NCBI GenBank assembly: GCA_000092065.1
Contig: CP000583.1
DNA length: 64,000 nt
Source of the DNA: Ostreococcus lucimarinus
Taxonomy: Eukaryota
Strand: one strand, 5' to 3'
The position numbers were made by a program, and so were the translations under genes. Shown piece after piece: positions 53,751-63,286 of this stretch (within the stretch, counting starts at the first letter, position 1; every line of letters starts with the position of its first letter). The notes beneath the pieces were generated by a model that searched no databases, was not told the origin of the DNA, and saw only the letters and a list, made by a program, of their open reading frames with translations.

Positions 53751-55445
53751 ATGTCGACGGCGACGCCGGCGCGCGCGGTCGCGCGCGCGCCGCCGCGATG
53801 GACCGGTAGGAGCGCGCGCGCGCGCGCGCGGGCGGTGACGCGCGCGGCGGAGGAGGACGACGCGCGAAGCGCGCGAGTGGTGGACTTGTTCGAAGCCGCG
53901 GCGACGCCCATGGGCGCGGCGGCGCGCGCGGAGGCGGCGATGGCGGCGGTGCGAGCGATGACGAGCGTGCGAGAGACGGCGACGTCGAAGACCGAGGCGG
54001 TGACGACGGGAGGAGGGGAAGGGGCGACGAGCGGGAGCGCGAGCGGGAGCGCGCCGAGGTCAACCGGGACGACGACCGGGGCGTCGGGCGCGGCTGACGG
54101 CGCGGTGATGAAGGGAGGGAGGTCCGCGAACGATTCAGGGTTGAAAAACACCGCGAAGAAGGCGTCGAAGCCGAAGGCGGAGACTTTCAACCCCGGGAGC
54201 GACTTTTGGACGTGGACGCCGCCGGAGGCGGCGGGTTCGGATAAAGTCGCCGCCGCCGCGGCGCCAAAGTTGCAGAGACAGACAGAGACTCGCGTGAGCG
54301 CGGCCGTGGCGGTCGCGGAGCGCGCGCCCGAGGCTTCGCTTCAGTTGAAGTTTCAAAGCGACGTCGAGACGCCGAGCGAGTTGAAGCTTGAATTCGAAAG
54401 CGACGTCGTTTTGGCGAAGGAACCGGCGCCGCTGAGCGACACGCCGACGGTGGAGCTAGAGGAAACTGCGACCGCCGTGCGCGAGCTCGGCGCAGATGGG
54501 GAAACCGAAGGTACACTTGAAAATGGTTCGAGGTGGTGGCGCGAGTCAGGCGAAGAGGAACTCGAAGGCGGGAAGCTGTGTCGATGGACGCTCGTCCGAG
54601 GCGCCTCCGCGGACGGTTCCGTCGAGTGGGAAGAAAAATGGTGGGAGACGAGCGATGCTTTCAACTATCGGGAACTCGGGGCGATCAAATCGGGGAGAGA
54701 CGCCAAGGGCAACGTGTGGCAAGAAAGCTGGCGTGAGCAAGTGACTCACGACACCACCACCGGTTTCTCAAACGCCTCGAAGCACATCATGAGAGAGGCG
54801 AACAAGTGGGGTGCGCAAGCCGACGGCGCCGAATGGCACGAAGTGTGGGACGAGAACTACTGGGGCGACGGTCAAGTGAAGCGTACATGTACAAAAAAAG
54901 GTGCGATCGCGAACGGCGCGACTCCAGACGACGGTCACGGTAATCGTTGGACGCACAAGTGGGGCGAGGAGTGGGACGGTCACGGTGGGTGCGTCAAGTG
55001 GACGGATTCCTTCGCCGACCGCGATCAGAGCGAGGACGGTGGAAGCGGACGTGCCTGGGGTGAAAAGTGGGAAGAACGATGGGGGGGATACGCTCACAAC
55101 GGGAGTGCGGGGAATCGCAACGGGAGCACATGGGACGATCGCGACGGGCACAAATTTGAGAAGACGTGGGGCGAGGAGCACTGGCACGACGGTCGCGTCC
55201 ACAAATGGGGCGCCACCACCGATGGTTCCGACGGTTGGGACACCTGGGAAGACAGTGCCGGTTGGTGGGAGCGCGCACCGAGCTTCGGATGGGACGAAGC
55301 CGTCTCGCACTCACCGCAACTCCTCAACGTCCCGCTTCGTCCGCGAGGCACCGGAGTCGAACCCGGAAAGAAAAAGTCCATCGGTCGAGCTCCCGGTCGA
55401 ACGATCAAGCCACCGCCGGGGTCGCGTCTTCACAATCCAGATTAG
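53751..55445 (+). CDS. Tryptophan-rich repeat protein resembling plant starch-granule proteins ESV1/LESV. Plastid-targeted.
   Basis: The C-terminal half is built of degenerate W-rich repeats: WREQVTHD..KWGAQADGAEWHEVWDENYWGDGQV...RWTHKWGEEWDGHGGCVKWTDSFADRD..RAWGEKWEERWGGYAHNG..STWDDRDGHKFEKTWGEEHWHDGRVHKWGATTDGSDGWDTWEDSAGWWERAP. The N-terminus MSTATPARAVARAPP is cTP-like. The first 200 aa of the track ORF are antisense read-through. Confidence 0.5.
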   Translation: MSTATPARAVARAPPRWTGRSARARARAVTRAAEEDDARSARVVDLFEAAATPMGAAARAEAAMAAVRAMTSVRETATSKTEAVTTGGGEGATSGSASGSAPRSTGTTTGASGAADGAVMKGGRSANDSGLKNTAKKASKPKAETFNPGSDFWTWTPPEAAGSDKVAAAAAPKLQRQTETRVSAAVAVAERAPEASLQLKFQSDVETPSELKLEFESDVVLAKEPAPLSDTPTVELEETATAVRELGADGETEGTLENGSRWWRESGEEELEGGKLCRWTLVRGASADGSVEWEEKWWETSDAFNYRELGAIKSGRDAKGNVWQESWREQVTHDTTTGFSNASKHIMREANKWGAQADGAEWHEVWDENYWGDGQVKRTCTKKGAIANGATPDDGHGNRWTHKWGEEWDGHGGCVKWTDSFADRDQSEDGGSGRAWGEKWEERWGGYAHNGSAGNRNGSTWDDRDGHKFEKTWGEEHWHDGRVHKWGATTDGSDGWDTWEDSAGWWERAPSFGWDEAVSHSPQLLNVPLRPRGTGVEPGKKKSIGRAPGRTIKPPPGSRLHNPD

Positions 55446-55615
55446 TAAACGTATTATTTCGTTATTCCCGTGACGTCGATTACACGCAGCTTTCGATCGA
55501 GTACATGCTCGTGCGTGACTAGCCTCGCCGTAGGTCTCGTAGCAGGTTAACCAGAGACGCGACTCAGACCCATCCCACTCGTCGACGCCTCGCGCTCGCC
55601 GACGCGCTCCTCACG

Positions 55616-57649
55616 ATGCGCGTCGCGTCTGTCGCGTCGCGCGCCGTCGTCTCGCGCGCCTCGCCGCCGTCTCGCGCGTCCTCGCGCGCGCAATCGTCAC
55701 CGCCGTCGACGACCACGCCCGGCGGCGGCTCGCGGCGAATCGTCACCGCGCGCGCGAAGAAATCTTCGCGCGCGGGCGCGGGCGACGCCAAGTACGCGGT
55801 GAAAACGACGGAAGACGCGCTCAAGTACGACCCCACGAAGTCTCTCGCGGACGTCCTCGCGTCCAAGGACGACGCGGACGAAGCGAATGGGAATTCGAGC
55901 AACGACTGGGCGAGCTCGCTCGCGGCGTTTCGAGAAGAAAAGGCGACGAAGGATCGCACGCGAGCGGAGATGGGAGCGGAGATGGCGGACATGGAAAGGA
56001 AATCGAACGAAAGCGATGATTTGATGGACACGACGTGGGTGACGGAGGCTGGGACGGTCGCGAGACGAGAGTTTAGGGGATTGAACGCGGGAGAGGAGGA
56101 GGCGACGTTCGGAGACGACGAAGCCGAATTCGTGGCGTTTGGGACGAATGAGGACGACGGCGAGGAAGTTTGGGGACCCGGTGATGAAGGGTTTGAAGTG
56201 TACATGTACGATGACGATGATGACGAGGGGGAGGGTGAAGTCACTCAGGAACGGGGTCGGGGAATACCGCGGGAGATGCGGTGCTTTGACACGGCGAAAA
56301 TTTACGTAAAGGCTGGCGACGGCGGTGATGGTCAGGTTGCGTTCAGGCGAGAAAAGTTCGTGCCGCAAGGTGGACCATCGGGGGGTAACGGTGGGATCGG
56401 CGGCGCGGTGTATATTGTCGCCGATAAGAACATGAATTCTTTAGATGGATTTAGAAAAAAAGTGCACCATCGGGCCGAGGCGGGCAAACGGGGGCTCGGA
56501 TCGAAGTGTGCCGGCCGTAACGGTCGCGATTTGGAGATCTTGGTGCCACCCGGAACTATCATTCGCGACAGTCGGAGCAAAACAATCATCGCAGAGATCA
56601 CGAAGGCTGAACAGCGAGTGATGGTGCTCGCGGGCGGTCGAGGCGGTCGAGGGAACGCGTCCTTCAAGACGGCGAAGAATAAGGCTCCGATGATTGCGGA
56701 GTTGGGCGAAAAAGGACGTGAGTTCTGGGCTGAGATGGAACTCAAACTCGTCGCCGATGTGGGAATAATTGGCATACCCAACGCTGGGAAATCAACCTTA
56801 CTCGCGAGCGTGAGCGCGGCGAAACCAAAGATTGCCGACTACCCGTTTACGACCATCGTGCCAAATTTGGGCGTCGTAGAGCGCGACTACGAGCGCATGG
56901 TGTTTGCAGACATCCCGGGTTTGCTCGAAGGGGCGTCGGAAGGGATTGGTTTAGGTTTCGAGTTCCTTCGCCACACAAAGCGAACGCGCGTGCTCATTCA
57001 CGTCATCGACTGCGCGAGCGAGACGTGCTTTGAGGCGTACGACGCGATTCGCACCGAGCTCGAACTCTTCGACGAAGCCTTGCTCGAAAAGCCCGAAATC
57101 GTCGCTTTAAACAAAGTGGACGACATCGAAGCCACGGAGCGAGCGCTGCAAATGAAGGAAAAGTTTGACGCCGAGGGCATCTCTTCGCACTGCGTCTCCG
57201 CCGTCACGGGTGAGGGCGTGGAGGAGCTCCTCGCCGACGTCCAAGCCGCCCTTCGCGCCCTACCTCCGGTCGAAGATGCCTGGGCCGCTGATATCGCGGA
57301 AACGGGCGTGCGCGCCGCGGATGGAAAATCCATCGAAGATTTCACAATCGACGACACCCCGTACGCGTTCGTCGTCGCCGGCGAAGCCATCGAGCGTTTC
57401 ACGCAAATGACAAACTGGGACTATTTCGAGTCCTACAAGCGCTTCGGCCGCGTCCTCGAAATGGCTGGCATCGACGCCGCCCTCAACGCCGCGGGCGCGG
57501 GCGAGGGCGACCGTATCATCATCGGCGACTTCGAGTTCGAGTGGAGCAAGGACCGCCGCGACCGCACCCTGTACGAATCCTTCAGGCAACGCGTCGCCGA
57601 CGCCCCCGGCGGCCAGCGAGGCAGCCGCCACTGGCCCCACGCGTCGTGA
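55616..57649 (+). CDS. OBGC: Obg-family GTPase, chloroplast ObgC-like, with an N-terminal extension.
   Basis: The Obg fold is KIYVKAGDGGDGQVAFRREKFVPQGGPSGGNGGIGGAVYIV. The G domain is GIIGIPNAGKSTLLASVSAAKPKIADYPFTT...DIPGLLEGASEG. The C-terminal OCT/TGS-like domain is FTIDDTPYAFVVAGEAIERF. Confidence 0.85.
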   Translation: MRVASVASRAVVSRASPPSRASSRAQSSPPSTTTPGGGSRRIVTARAKKSSRAGAGDAKYAVKTTEDALKYDPTKSLADVLASKDDADEANGNSSNDWASSLAAFREEKATKDRTRAEMGAEMADMERKSNESDDLMDTTWVTEAGTVARREFRGLNAGEEEATFGDDEAEFVAFGTNEDDGEEVWGPGDEGFEVYMYDDDDDEGEGEVTQERGRGIPREMRCFDTAKIYVKAGDGGDGQVAFRREKFVPQGGPSGGNGGIGGAVYIVADKNMNSLDGFRKKVHHRAEAGKRGLGSKCAGRNGRDLEILVPPGTIIRDSRSKTIIAEITKAEQRVMVLAGGRGGRGNASFKTAKNKAPMIAELGEKGREFWAEMELKLVADVGIIGIPNAGKSTLLASVSAAKPKIADYPFTTIVPNLGVVERDYERMVFADIPGLLEGASEGIGLGFEFLRHTKRTRVLIHVIDCASETCFEAYDAIRTELELFDEALLEKPEIVALNKVDDIEATERALQMKEKFDAEGISSHCVSAVTGEGVEELLADVQAALRALPPVEDAWAADIAETGVRAADGKSIEDFTIDDTPYAFVVAGEAIERFTQMTNWDYFESYKRFGRVLEMAGIDAALNAAGAGEGDRIIIGDFEFEWSKDRRDRTLYESFRQRVADAPGGQRGSRHWPHAS

Positions 57650-57835
57650 AAACGTCAATCGCGCGCCCACCGTCGCCGTCGCGCGCCCGCGTCGTCGCCG
57701 CTGTAACCATCGAATCCAACGCGACGCCGCCTCCTCGCCGCGCCTCGCCACCGCCCCTCGGACGTCGACGCGCGCCCGAACGAAGCGCGCCTCTCCTCGC
57801 CCGCGCGGGACTCGAGCGCTCAACTGTACGCGCAA

Positions 57836-57862
57836 ACAGTGTAAACAGCACCACCGCGATCG
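57836..57862. promoter_or_regulatory. GTACGCGCAAACAGTGTAAACAGCACC. This is the reverse-complement orientation of the motif at 19041-19063.
   Basis: Twenty-one contiguous nucleotides match the reverse complement of 19043-19063. It lies between the Obg 3' end and the bZIP gene. Confidence 0.3.
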
Positions 57863-57888
57863 CGACATCGCGCGCGCCAATCGAAACG

Positions 57889-57926
57889 CGCGATCTCGCG
57901 ATCTCGCGATCTCGCGATCTCGCGCG
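57889..57926. repeat. (CGCGATCT)4-5 tandem octamer.
   Basis: cgcgatctcgcgatctcgcgatctcgcgatctcgcg is seen directly. A second partial copy is at 57940-57960. Confidence 0.7.
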
Positions 57927-58110
57927 CCAATCAAAACGCGCGATCTCGATCGTCGCGCGATGCGAGCCACTCGTCGTCGCGTCGTCGGCGCGTCGCGCCG
58001 CGACGTCGATCGGCACTCGCGCGCGCGCCGCGCGCGCCGCGCGCGCGCGCCCGGGAAGAAAACGAACGACGCGCGGTCGCGCGCGTCGGGACGTCGGGAC
58101 GTCGCGGTCG

Positions 58111-58199
58111 GGCGCGACGGTCGGGATAACGCGCGCGACGGTTGGGATAACGCCGCGACGGTTGGGATAACGCCGCGACGGTTGGGATAACGCGCGCGA

Positions 58200-58243
<44 letters not shown>

Positions 58244-58252
58244 GGACGGCGA
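58111..58252. repeat. Two adjacent microsatellite/minisatellite arrays: a 19–20-bp unit GCGACGGTTGGGATAACGC ×4 (58111-58199), then (GACGGC)8 (58200-58252).
   Basis: Seen directly. They lie in the 5' region of the bZIP gene. Confidence 0.75.
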
Positions 58253-58312
58253 GGTGGGTGAGATCGAGGACGGGGATTCGCGCGACGCGCGCGCGATCGG
58301 GCGGGCGCGGCG

Positions 58313-58906
58313 ATGGCGGGACGGCGAGCGAGCGGTGGGGGGGGGGCGACGGCGAGCGACGGCGCGACGGGACGACGCGGGCGCGGGGCGAAGAAGAGCG
58401 AGAGCGGCGCGCGCGAGCGCGCGGAGAGAGAGAGGGCGCGGGAGGTCGAGACGGAGGAGGAGAACGCGCGATGGGACGTGCAAACGTATTTGGGTGGGTC
58501 GTCGCCGGCGCTCGCGCCGGCGACGTTATCGGGGTTACCGCCGTTTCCCATCGCGACTCAGATGCTGCAAAACATGACCCAAACGAACCCGTTTTGGGCA
58601 GCGCAAGCGATGCTCCATCGCGGGATCGCGATGGGGCAGAGCGCGGCGCTCCCGCAGGCGGGGGCGACGACGAACGGGGCGAGCGCGGCGACGGATGAGT
58701 TGACGCGGAAGAAATTGGCACGCAAGCAATCGAATCGCGATAGCGCGCGTAGAAGCCGGTTGCGCAAGCAGGCTGAAACGGTCGAGATAAACGTTAAAGT
58801 GAGCGAGCTCGAGCGAGAAGTCGTCGCGCTTCGTGAAGAAAATCAGCGTTTGAAAAAGCGCCTCGCCGAGAACGAAGGGCAACGTGAACGAAAAACGACA
58901 AAATGA
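58313..58906 (+). CDS. bZIP transcription factor. The start is uncertain.
   Basis: The C-terminal basic region ELTRKKLARKQSNRDSARRSRLRKQAE is followed by a leucine zipper (VSELEREVVALREENQRLKKRLAE). The N-terminus is G/R-rich and may include the 5' UTR. Confidence 0.6.
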   Translation: MAGRRASGGGGATASDGATGRRGRGAKKSESGARERAERERAREVETEEENARWDVQTYLGGSSPALAPATLSGLPPFPIATQMLQNMTQTNPFWAAQAMLHRGIAMGQSAALPQAGATTNGASAATDELTRKKLARKQSNRDSARRSRLRKQAETVEINVKVSELEREVVALREENQRLKKRLAENEGQRERKTTK

Positions 58907-59158
58907 CAACCGCCGCAAAACTTGCGCGCGTACGCTTCGAAACGAGATCCTGTGAAGGACCGGTGTATTCACGTAGTTCTAATCTCTTTTCATCCAAGCT
59001 TCCCCCACTCGATTCTTTGAATACATATATTATCATTATTCTTTCACGTCTGCAACCCCGCGGGGAGAAACGTTTGCGCCGCGCTGCGAGTGTTTCGTGG
59101 CTACCGTTCATCGCCGTCCCTGACCTCTCACTCTTACAATTAACTATTGGCCTAAAGC

Positions 59159-60842
59159 CTACTGACCCTCCTGTTCGGGTTCGAGTTGAATCAAGTCGTC
59201 GATGCGGAGAATCGTAATCGCAGCTTCAGTGGCAAACTGGATGCTCTTCACCTTGCTCAACGCCGGCTCGAGGACACCGCTGGCGATGTTGTCGCGAAGT
59301 TCGCCCTTGACGAGATCCAAGCCCATCCCGGCGAGCTCTTCGTTACCTTGACTCTGTGCTTGATGATGAATAGCTCGAAGCTTGGCCACGAGATCGGTGG
59401 AATCCTTCGCAGCGTTGACAGAGAGTACCTTTGGGATGACCAAGAGCGCGTTGGCAAACTCGGCGATGGCGAGCTGCTCCCGGCTACCCAGAGTAGTCGC
59501 CATATTCTCCAGATAAATGCTCAACGCAGCTTCGACGGCGCCACCACCAGCGACAACCTTGCCACTTTCCAACGTCCTCTTCACGATGCACAGTGCGTCG
59601 TGCACCGAGCGGTCGATCTCGTCGAGCATATAATCGTTTGCGCCTCGCAAGAGAATTGTACACGATTGGGTGCTCGCGCAGTCCTTGATGACGACCATAT
59701 CATCATCAGCCACGCGTTGCTCCACCACTTCGCCCGCAGTGCCAAGCATGGACTCGTCGAAAGTTTCTCCACCATCCATGTCGGACAGAGACAGCATCAC
59801 TTGCGCCCCCGTCGCCTTGGCGATGCGGCGCAAATCATCACGATTGACGCGACGACAGGCGATAGCCCCAGCCTCGACGAAGTACTTGAGCGCCATATCA
59901 TCGATGCCCTTAGAACAGAGCACGACATTGGCACCGGCGGCTAAGATCATCTTGATGCGATTGGCGGTGATTTCAAACTCTTGCTCGCGAATCTTTTCGA
60001 GTTCCTTCGGGTCGTTCACCAGCACTTGAATCCCCATCAACATCTTTGTCTTCTGCAAGTTGAAGTCGATGCACGCAATCTTTGCATTCTTGACTAACTT
60101 TGGCATCCCTTCCGCCGCACGACCGAGGTTAAGGGCGTATCCGTGCAACACCGATGACTCCTTCAAGCTCTTCCCGTGCGCCTTCAAAATGTTGATCGCC
60201 TTGATGGGATACCTGACGTCGCCCATGTCGTTGTACGTCTTGATGCTCGTGCACGCATCGACGACCAAATCCGCAAAGAAATCTTCTTCGGCACCGATGA
60301 TTTTCGAGCTCATGCTCGTCTTTGCGCACTGCAACAAGGCTTCCTTCCCGAGCGTCTCCACGTCTCTCGCCAACTTACCTTCGACGTACTTGACGCTTTC
60401 TCGCATCGCCAACCTGAACCCAGCGATGATGTTCGTCGGGTGAATCTTATTCCTCACCAACTCATTCGCCCGCTTCAAAAGCTCCGCGGCGAGAATCACC
60501 ACCGAAGTCGTTCCATCTCCCACTTCCTGATCCTGCAACTCGGCGAGCTCGACCAAGATCTTCGCCGCCGGGTGTTCAATCTCTAAAAGTTTCAAAATCG
60601 TCGCCCCATCGTTCGTGATCGTCACGTCACCGATATCATCCACGAGCATCTACGCGTCAAACCCTTTCATTCCGTCAGTCCTCGTCCCTCACCGCGCGCG
60701 CGCATCGTTTCGTCGATTCTCCGCGTCTCGTCCTCAAAGTCAACGCCTTCGCGTCTTCGTCACGCGCCTTGTCCAGTCCCACCGGCCCGAGCGACGTCTT
60801 CACGATGTTCGCCACCGCCATGACCGCCGTCGCTGTTCGCAT
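59159..60842 (-). CDS. CCT1: T-complex protein 1 subunit alpha (CCT1/TCP-1α). join(60768..60842,59159..60649), with a probable GC-AG intron.
   Basis: Exon 2 is near-identical in pattern to TCP-1α ([51 protein letters not shown]...). Exon 1 [25 protein letters not shown] matches the TCP-1α N-terminus (..[23 protein letters not shown]|MLVDD). The only frame-preserving junction uses donor AAG|GCGCGT at 60766-60767 and acceptor CGTAG| at 60650-60652, preceded by CTGAC. Confidence 0.8.
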
Positions 60843-60868
60843 CCCGCGTCGCGCGCGCGTCGTCGTCA

Positions 60869-60898
60869 GTCTCCGTCTCCGTCTCCGTCTCCGTCTCC
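60869..60898. repeat. (GTCTCC)5 hexanucleotide repeat in the CCT1 5' leader. (TCGATCG)3 is at 60921-60945.
   Basis: Seen directly. Confidence 0.7.
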
Positions 60899-61192
60899 CC
60901 GCTCGAAGTCGCGCGTCCCGTCGATCGTCGATCGTCGATCGTCGTCCTCGTCCCATCGCGTTCGAGATCGCGTCCCTCGTTCGCTCGCGCTTCGTCGCTC
61001 GTCGTCGTCCGCGCGCCGCACCGTTCGTCTGTCGCACGTCCTGTCCGCTCTCGCGCTCGCCGAAGAAGACGTCGGATTGTCGTCGCATGGCGCGCGGCGT
61101 CGCGCGTCGGCGAGTGGCGCGTCGGACGCGTTGACCGCGCGGCGCACTTCGCGTCGCGTCGCGTCGCGAGGCGACACAAGGCGTCGAGCGCG

Positions 61193-63259
61193 ATGGCGCG
61201 CGTCGCGGCGTTCGCGATCGGCGTCGTCGCGGGCGCGAGCGCGTGCGTCGCGGGCGCCGCGCGCGCGGGATCGGCGCGCGGTGGCGGCGGCGACGGCGAC
61301 GCGCGCGCGGGCGGCGCGCGCGCGCGCGCGGCGGAGGCGAGCGCGCGGAGGCGCGCGGAGGACGAAGGCAAGACGCGCGCGGACGACGCGGACGACGGGG
61401 AGGACGGGGAGGACGGGGAGGACGAGACGCGGGTGGTGGTGTACGCCACGCGAACGGGGACGGCGAGGCGGTACGCGGCGACGATTCGACGACGGTTGAA
61501 CGATGAAGACGCGGCCGCGACGGGAGGAAAGCGAGGATACGCGCTCTTGGACGCGGCGAGCTTGGTGGATCCGGAAAAAGTGCTGGCGGGGGGGAAGAGG
61601 GTCGTCGCGATATTCGTGGTGAGCACGCACGACGGCGGCGAGGCGCCGGAATCGAGCGCGTGGTTCGCCCGTTGGGCGCGAGAGGCGGCGTACGATGAAC
61701 GCACGGGATGGATGTACTTGAAAAACGTGCGTTATGCGGTGTTCGGGTGCGGGAATAGGGAGTATGGGGATAACTTCAACCGAGCGGGGCGAGAGTTGGA
61801 CGCGCAGTTGGCGCGCATGGGGGGCGAACGCTTGGCGCGACGGTGCGACGGGGATGAAGCGAGCGGACGGATGGAGAAGCAGTTCGAGGAGTGGGGGGAA
61901 AAAGTTATCCGTCGGTTGTCAAATTCTACCGCATCGAGCGGGGACGATGCAGCGCACTCGCGCGTCGGTGTGGCGGAAGAACGGGACCAGTCTGAATACG
62001 CGAGCGAGGGCGAAGACGACGAGGGGGGGGCGAGCGCGGCAGGGAGCGAGGATGGTCAAGATATGGAGGACATCGCCGAAGGTGAGGGTGGAGAAAAGAA
62101 AGAAATGGTGACTGATGCTTTGCGTGGGGCGCTCACGAAGCAAGGTTACAAGATTCTTGGATCTCACTCGGGCGTGAAACTTTGTCGATGGACCAAGGCG
62201 ATGCTTCGCGGCAGAGGAGGTTGCTACAAACACACTTTCTACGGCATCGAAAGTCATCGATGCATGGAAACGACGCCGTCGCTTGCGTGTGCGAATAAGT
62301 GTACATTTTGTTGGCGGCATCACACGAATCCTGTCGGGAAAACGTGGCGTTGGCAGATGGACGATCCCTTGGAACTTGTCGAAGCCGCGGTTTCCGAGCA
62401 TTGCAAGATGGTGAAGCAAATGAAGGGGGTGCCAGGCGTTTTGCCCGAGAAGCTCGAAGAGGGTATGAATCCCAAACATTGTGCATTGTCTCTAGTCGGT
62501 GAACCAATCATGTACCCTGAGATTGGAAAGTTTGTAAGCGAGTTGCACTCGCGAAAAATCAGCACGTTTTTGGTGACGAATGCACAATTCCCTGAGGCAA
62601 TCACAAACTTGCCTCCAATAACGCAACTATACGTCTCTGTCGACGCCGCAACGCCAGAGACCTTGAAAGCAATCGATAGACCGCTATTTGCAGACTACTG
62701 GGATCGTTTCATTGGTTCTTTGACATCCTTAAAGGATAAACAACAGCGAACTGTCTACCGCTTGACACTCGTCTCGGGATGGAACATGGAAGAAGTTGCG
62801 GCGTACGCCAAGTTGATAGACCTCGGCCAACCCGATTTTATCGAGATCAAAGGCGTGACATACTGTGGAAGTAGTGATGCATCGTCACTCACGATGAAAA
62901 ACGTCCCTTATCACAAGGATGTGTGTGAATTTGGCGAGGCTATTGTCAATCTTCGTCGACGCGAAAACGGCGAGGAAGAATACGGCTTGGCGTGCGAGCA
63001 CGCGCATTCTTGCTGCATCTTGCTTGCTCGAACAGACAGGTACAAAATAGATGACGAGTGGTACACATGGATTGATTATGACAAATTTCAAACCCTCGTA
63101 GCGAGTGGAGAAAAGTTCAAAGCGCTCGACTATATCGAGCGGACGCCGAGCTGGGCGACGTATGGCGCGGAAGAAGCAGGATTTGACCCAGAGCAAACGC
63201 GCCATCGTAAAGTTCGTAATCACCCAGGGAAGTTAACGAGCGACGAACCGCCAGAATAG
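61193..63259 (+). CDS. TYW1: tRNA wybutosine-synthesizing protein 1 (TYW1), with a flavodoxin domain and a radical-SAM domain, 688 aa.
   Basis: The flavodoxin-like part is [19 protein letters not shown]...[16 protein letters not shown]. The radical SAM cysteine motif is in [17 protein letters not shown]. The Wyosine_form domain is [15 protein letters not shown]...YVSVDAAT. The N-terminus is hydrophobic (ER anchor). Confidence 0.85.
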   Translation: MARVAAFAIGVVAGASACVAGAARAGSARGGGGDGDARAGGARARAAEASARRRAEDEGKTRADDADDGEDGEDGEDETRVVVYATRTGTARRYAATIRRRLNDEDAAATGGKRGYALLDAASLVDPEKVLAGGKRVVAIFVVSTHDGGEAPESSAWFARWAREAAYDERTGWMYLKNVRYAVFGCGNREYGDNFNRAGRELDAQLARMGGERLARRCDGDEASGRMEKQFEEWGEKVIRRLSNSTASSGDDAAHSRVGVAEERDQSEYASEGEDDEGGASAAGSEDGQDMEDIAEGEGGEKKEMVTDALRGALTKQGYKILGSHSGVKLCRWTKAMLRGRGGCYKHTFYGIESHRCMETTPSLACANKCTFCWRHHTNPVGKTWRWQMDDPLELVEAAVSEHCKMVKQMKGVPGVLPEKLEEGMNPKHCALSLVGEPIMYPEIGKFVSELHSRKISTFLVTNAQFPEAITNLPPITQLYVSVDAATPETLKAIDRPLFADYWDRFIGSLTSLKDKQQRTVYRLTLVSGWNMEEVAAYAKLIDLGQPDFIEIKGVTYCGSSDASSLTMKNVPYHKDVCEFGEAIVNLRRRENGEEEYGLACEHAHSCCILLARTDRYKIDDEWYTWIDYDKFQTLVASGEKFKALDYIERTPSWATYGAEEAGFDPEQTRHRKVRNHPGKLTSDEPPE

Positions 63260-63286
63260 ACTATAGACTAATGTGTTATTACACCT

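Noticed and set aside
57889-58252. A regularly repeated array that could be mistaken for CRISPR.
   Set aside because: The units are contiguous micro- and minisatellites without unique spacers. The locus is eukaryotic nuclear DNA and no cas genes are present.
60650-60692. An alternative 43-nt GT-AG mini-intron (GTGAGG...CGTAG) for CCT1.
   Set aside because: It would insert 25 non-homologous residues between the universally adjacent GLDK and MLVDD of TCP-1α. The GC-AG junction gives a perfect alignment.
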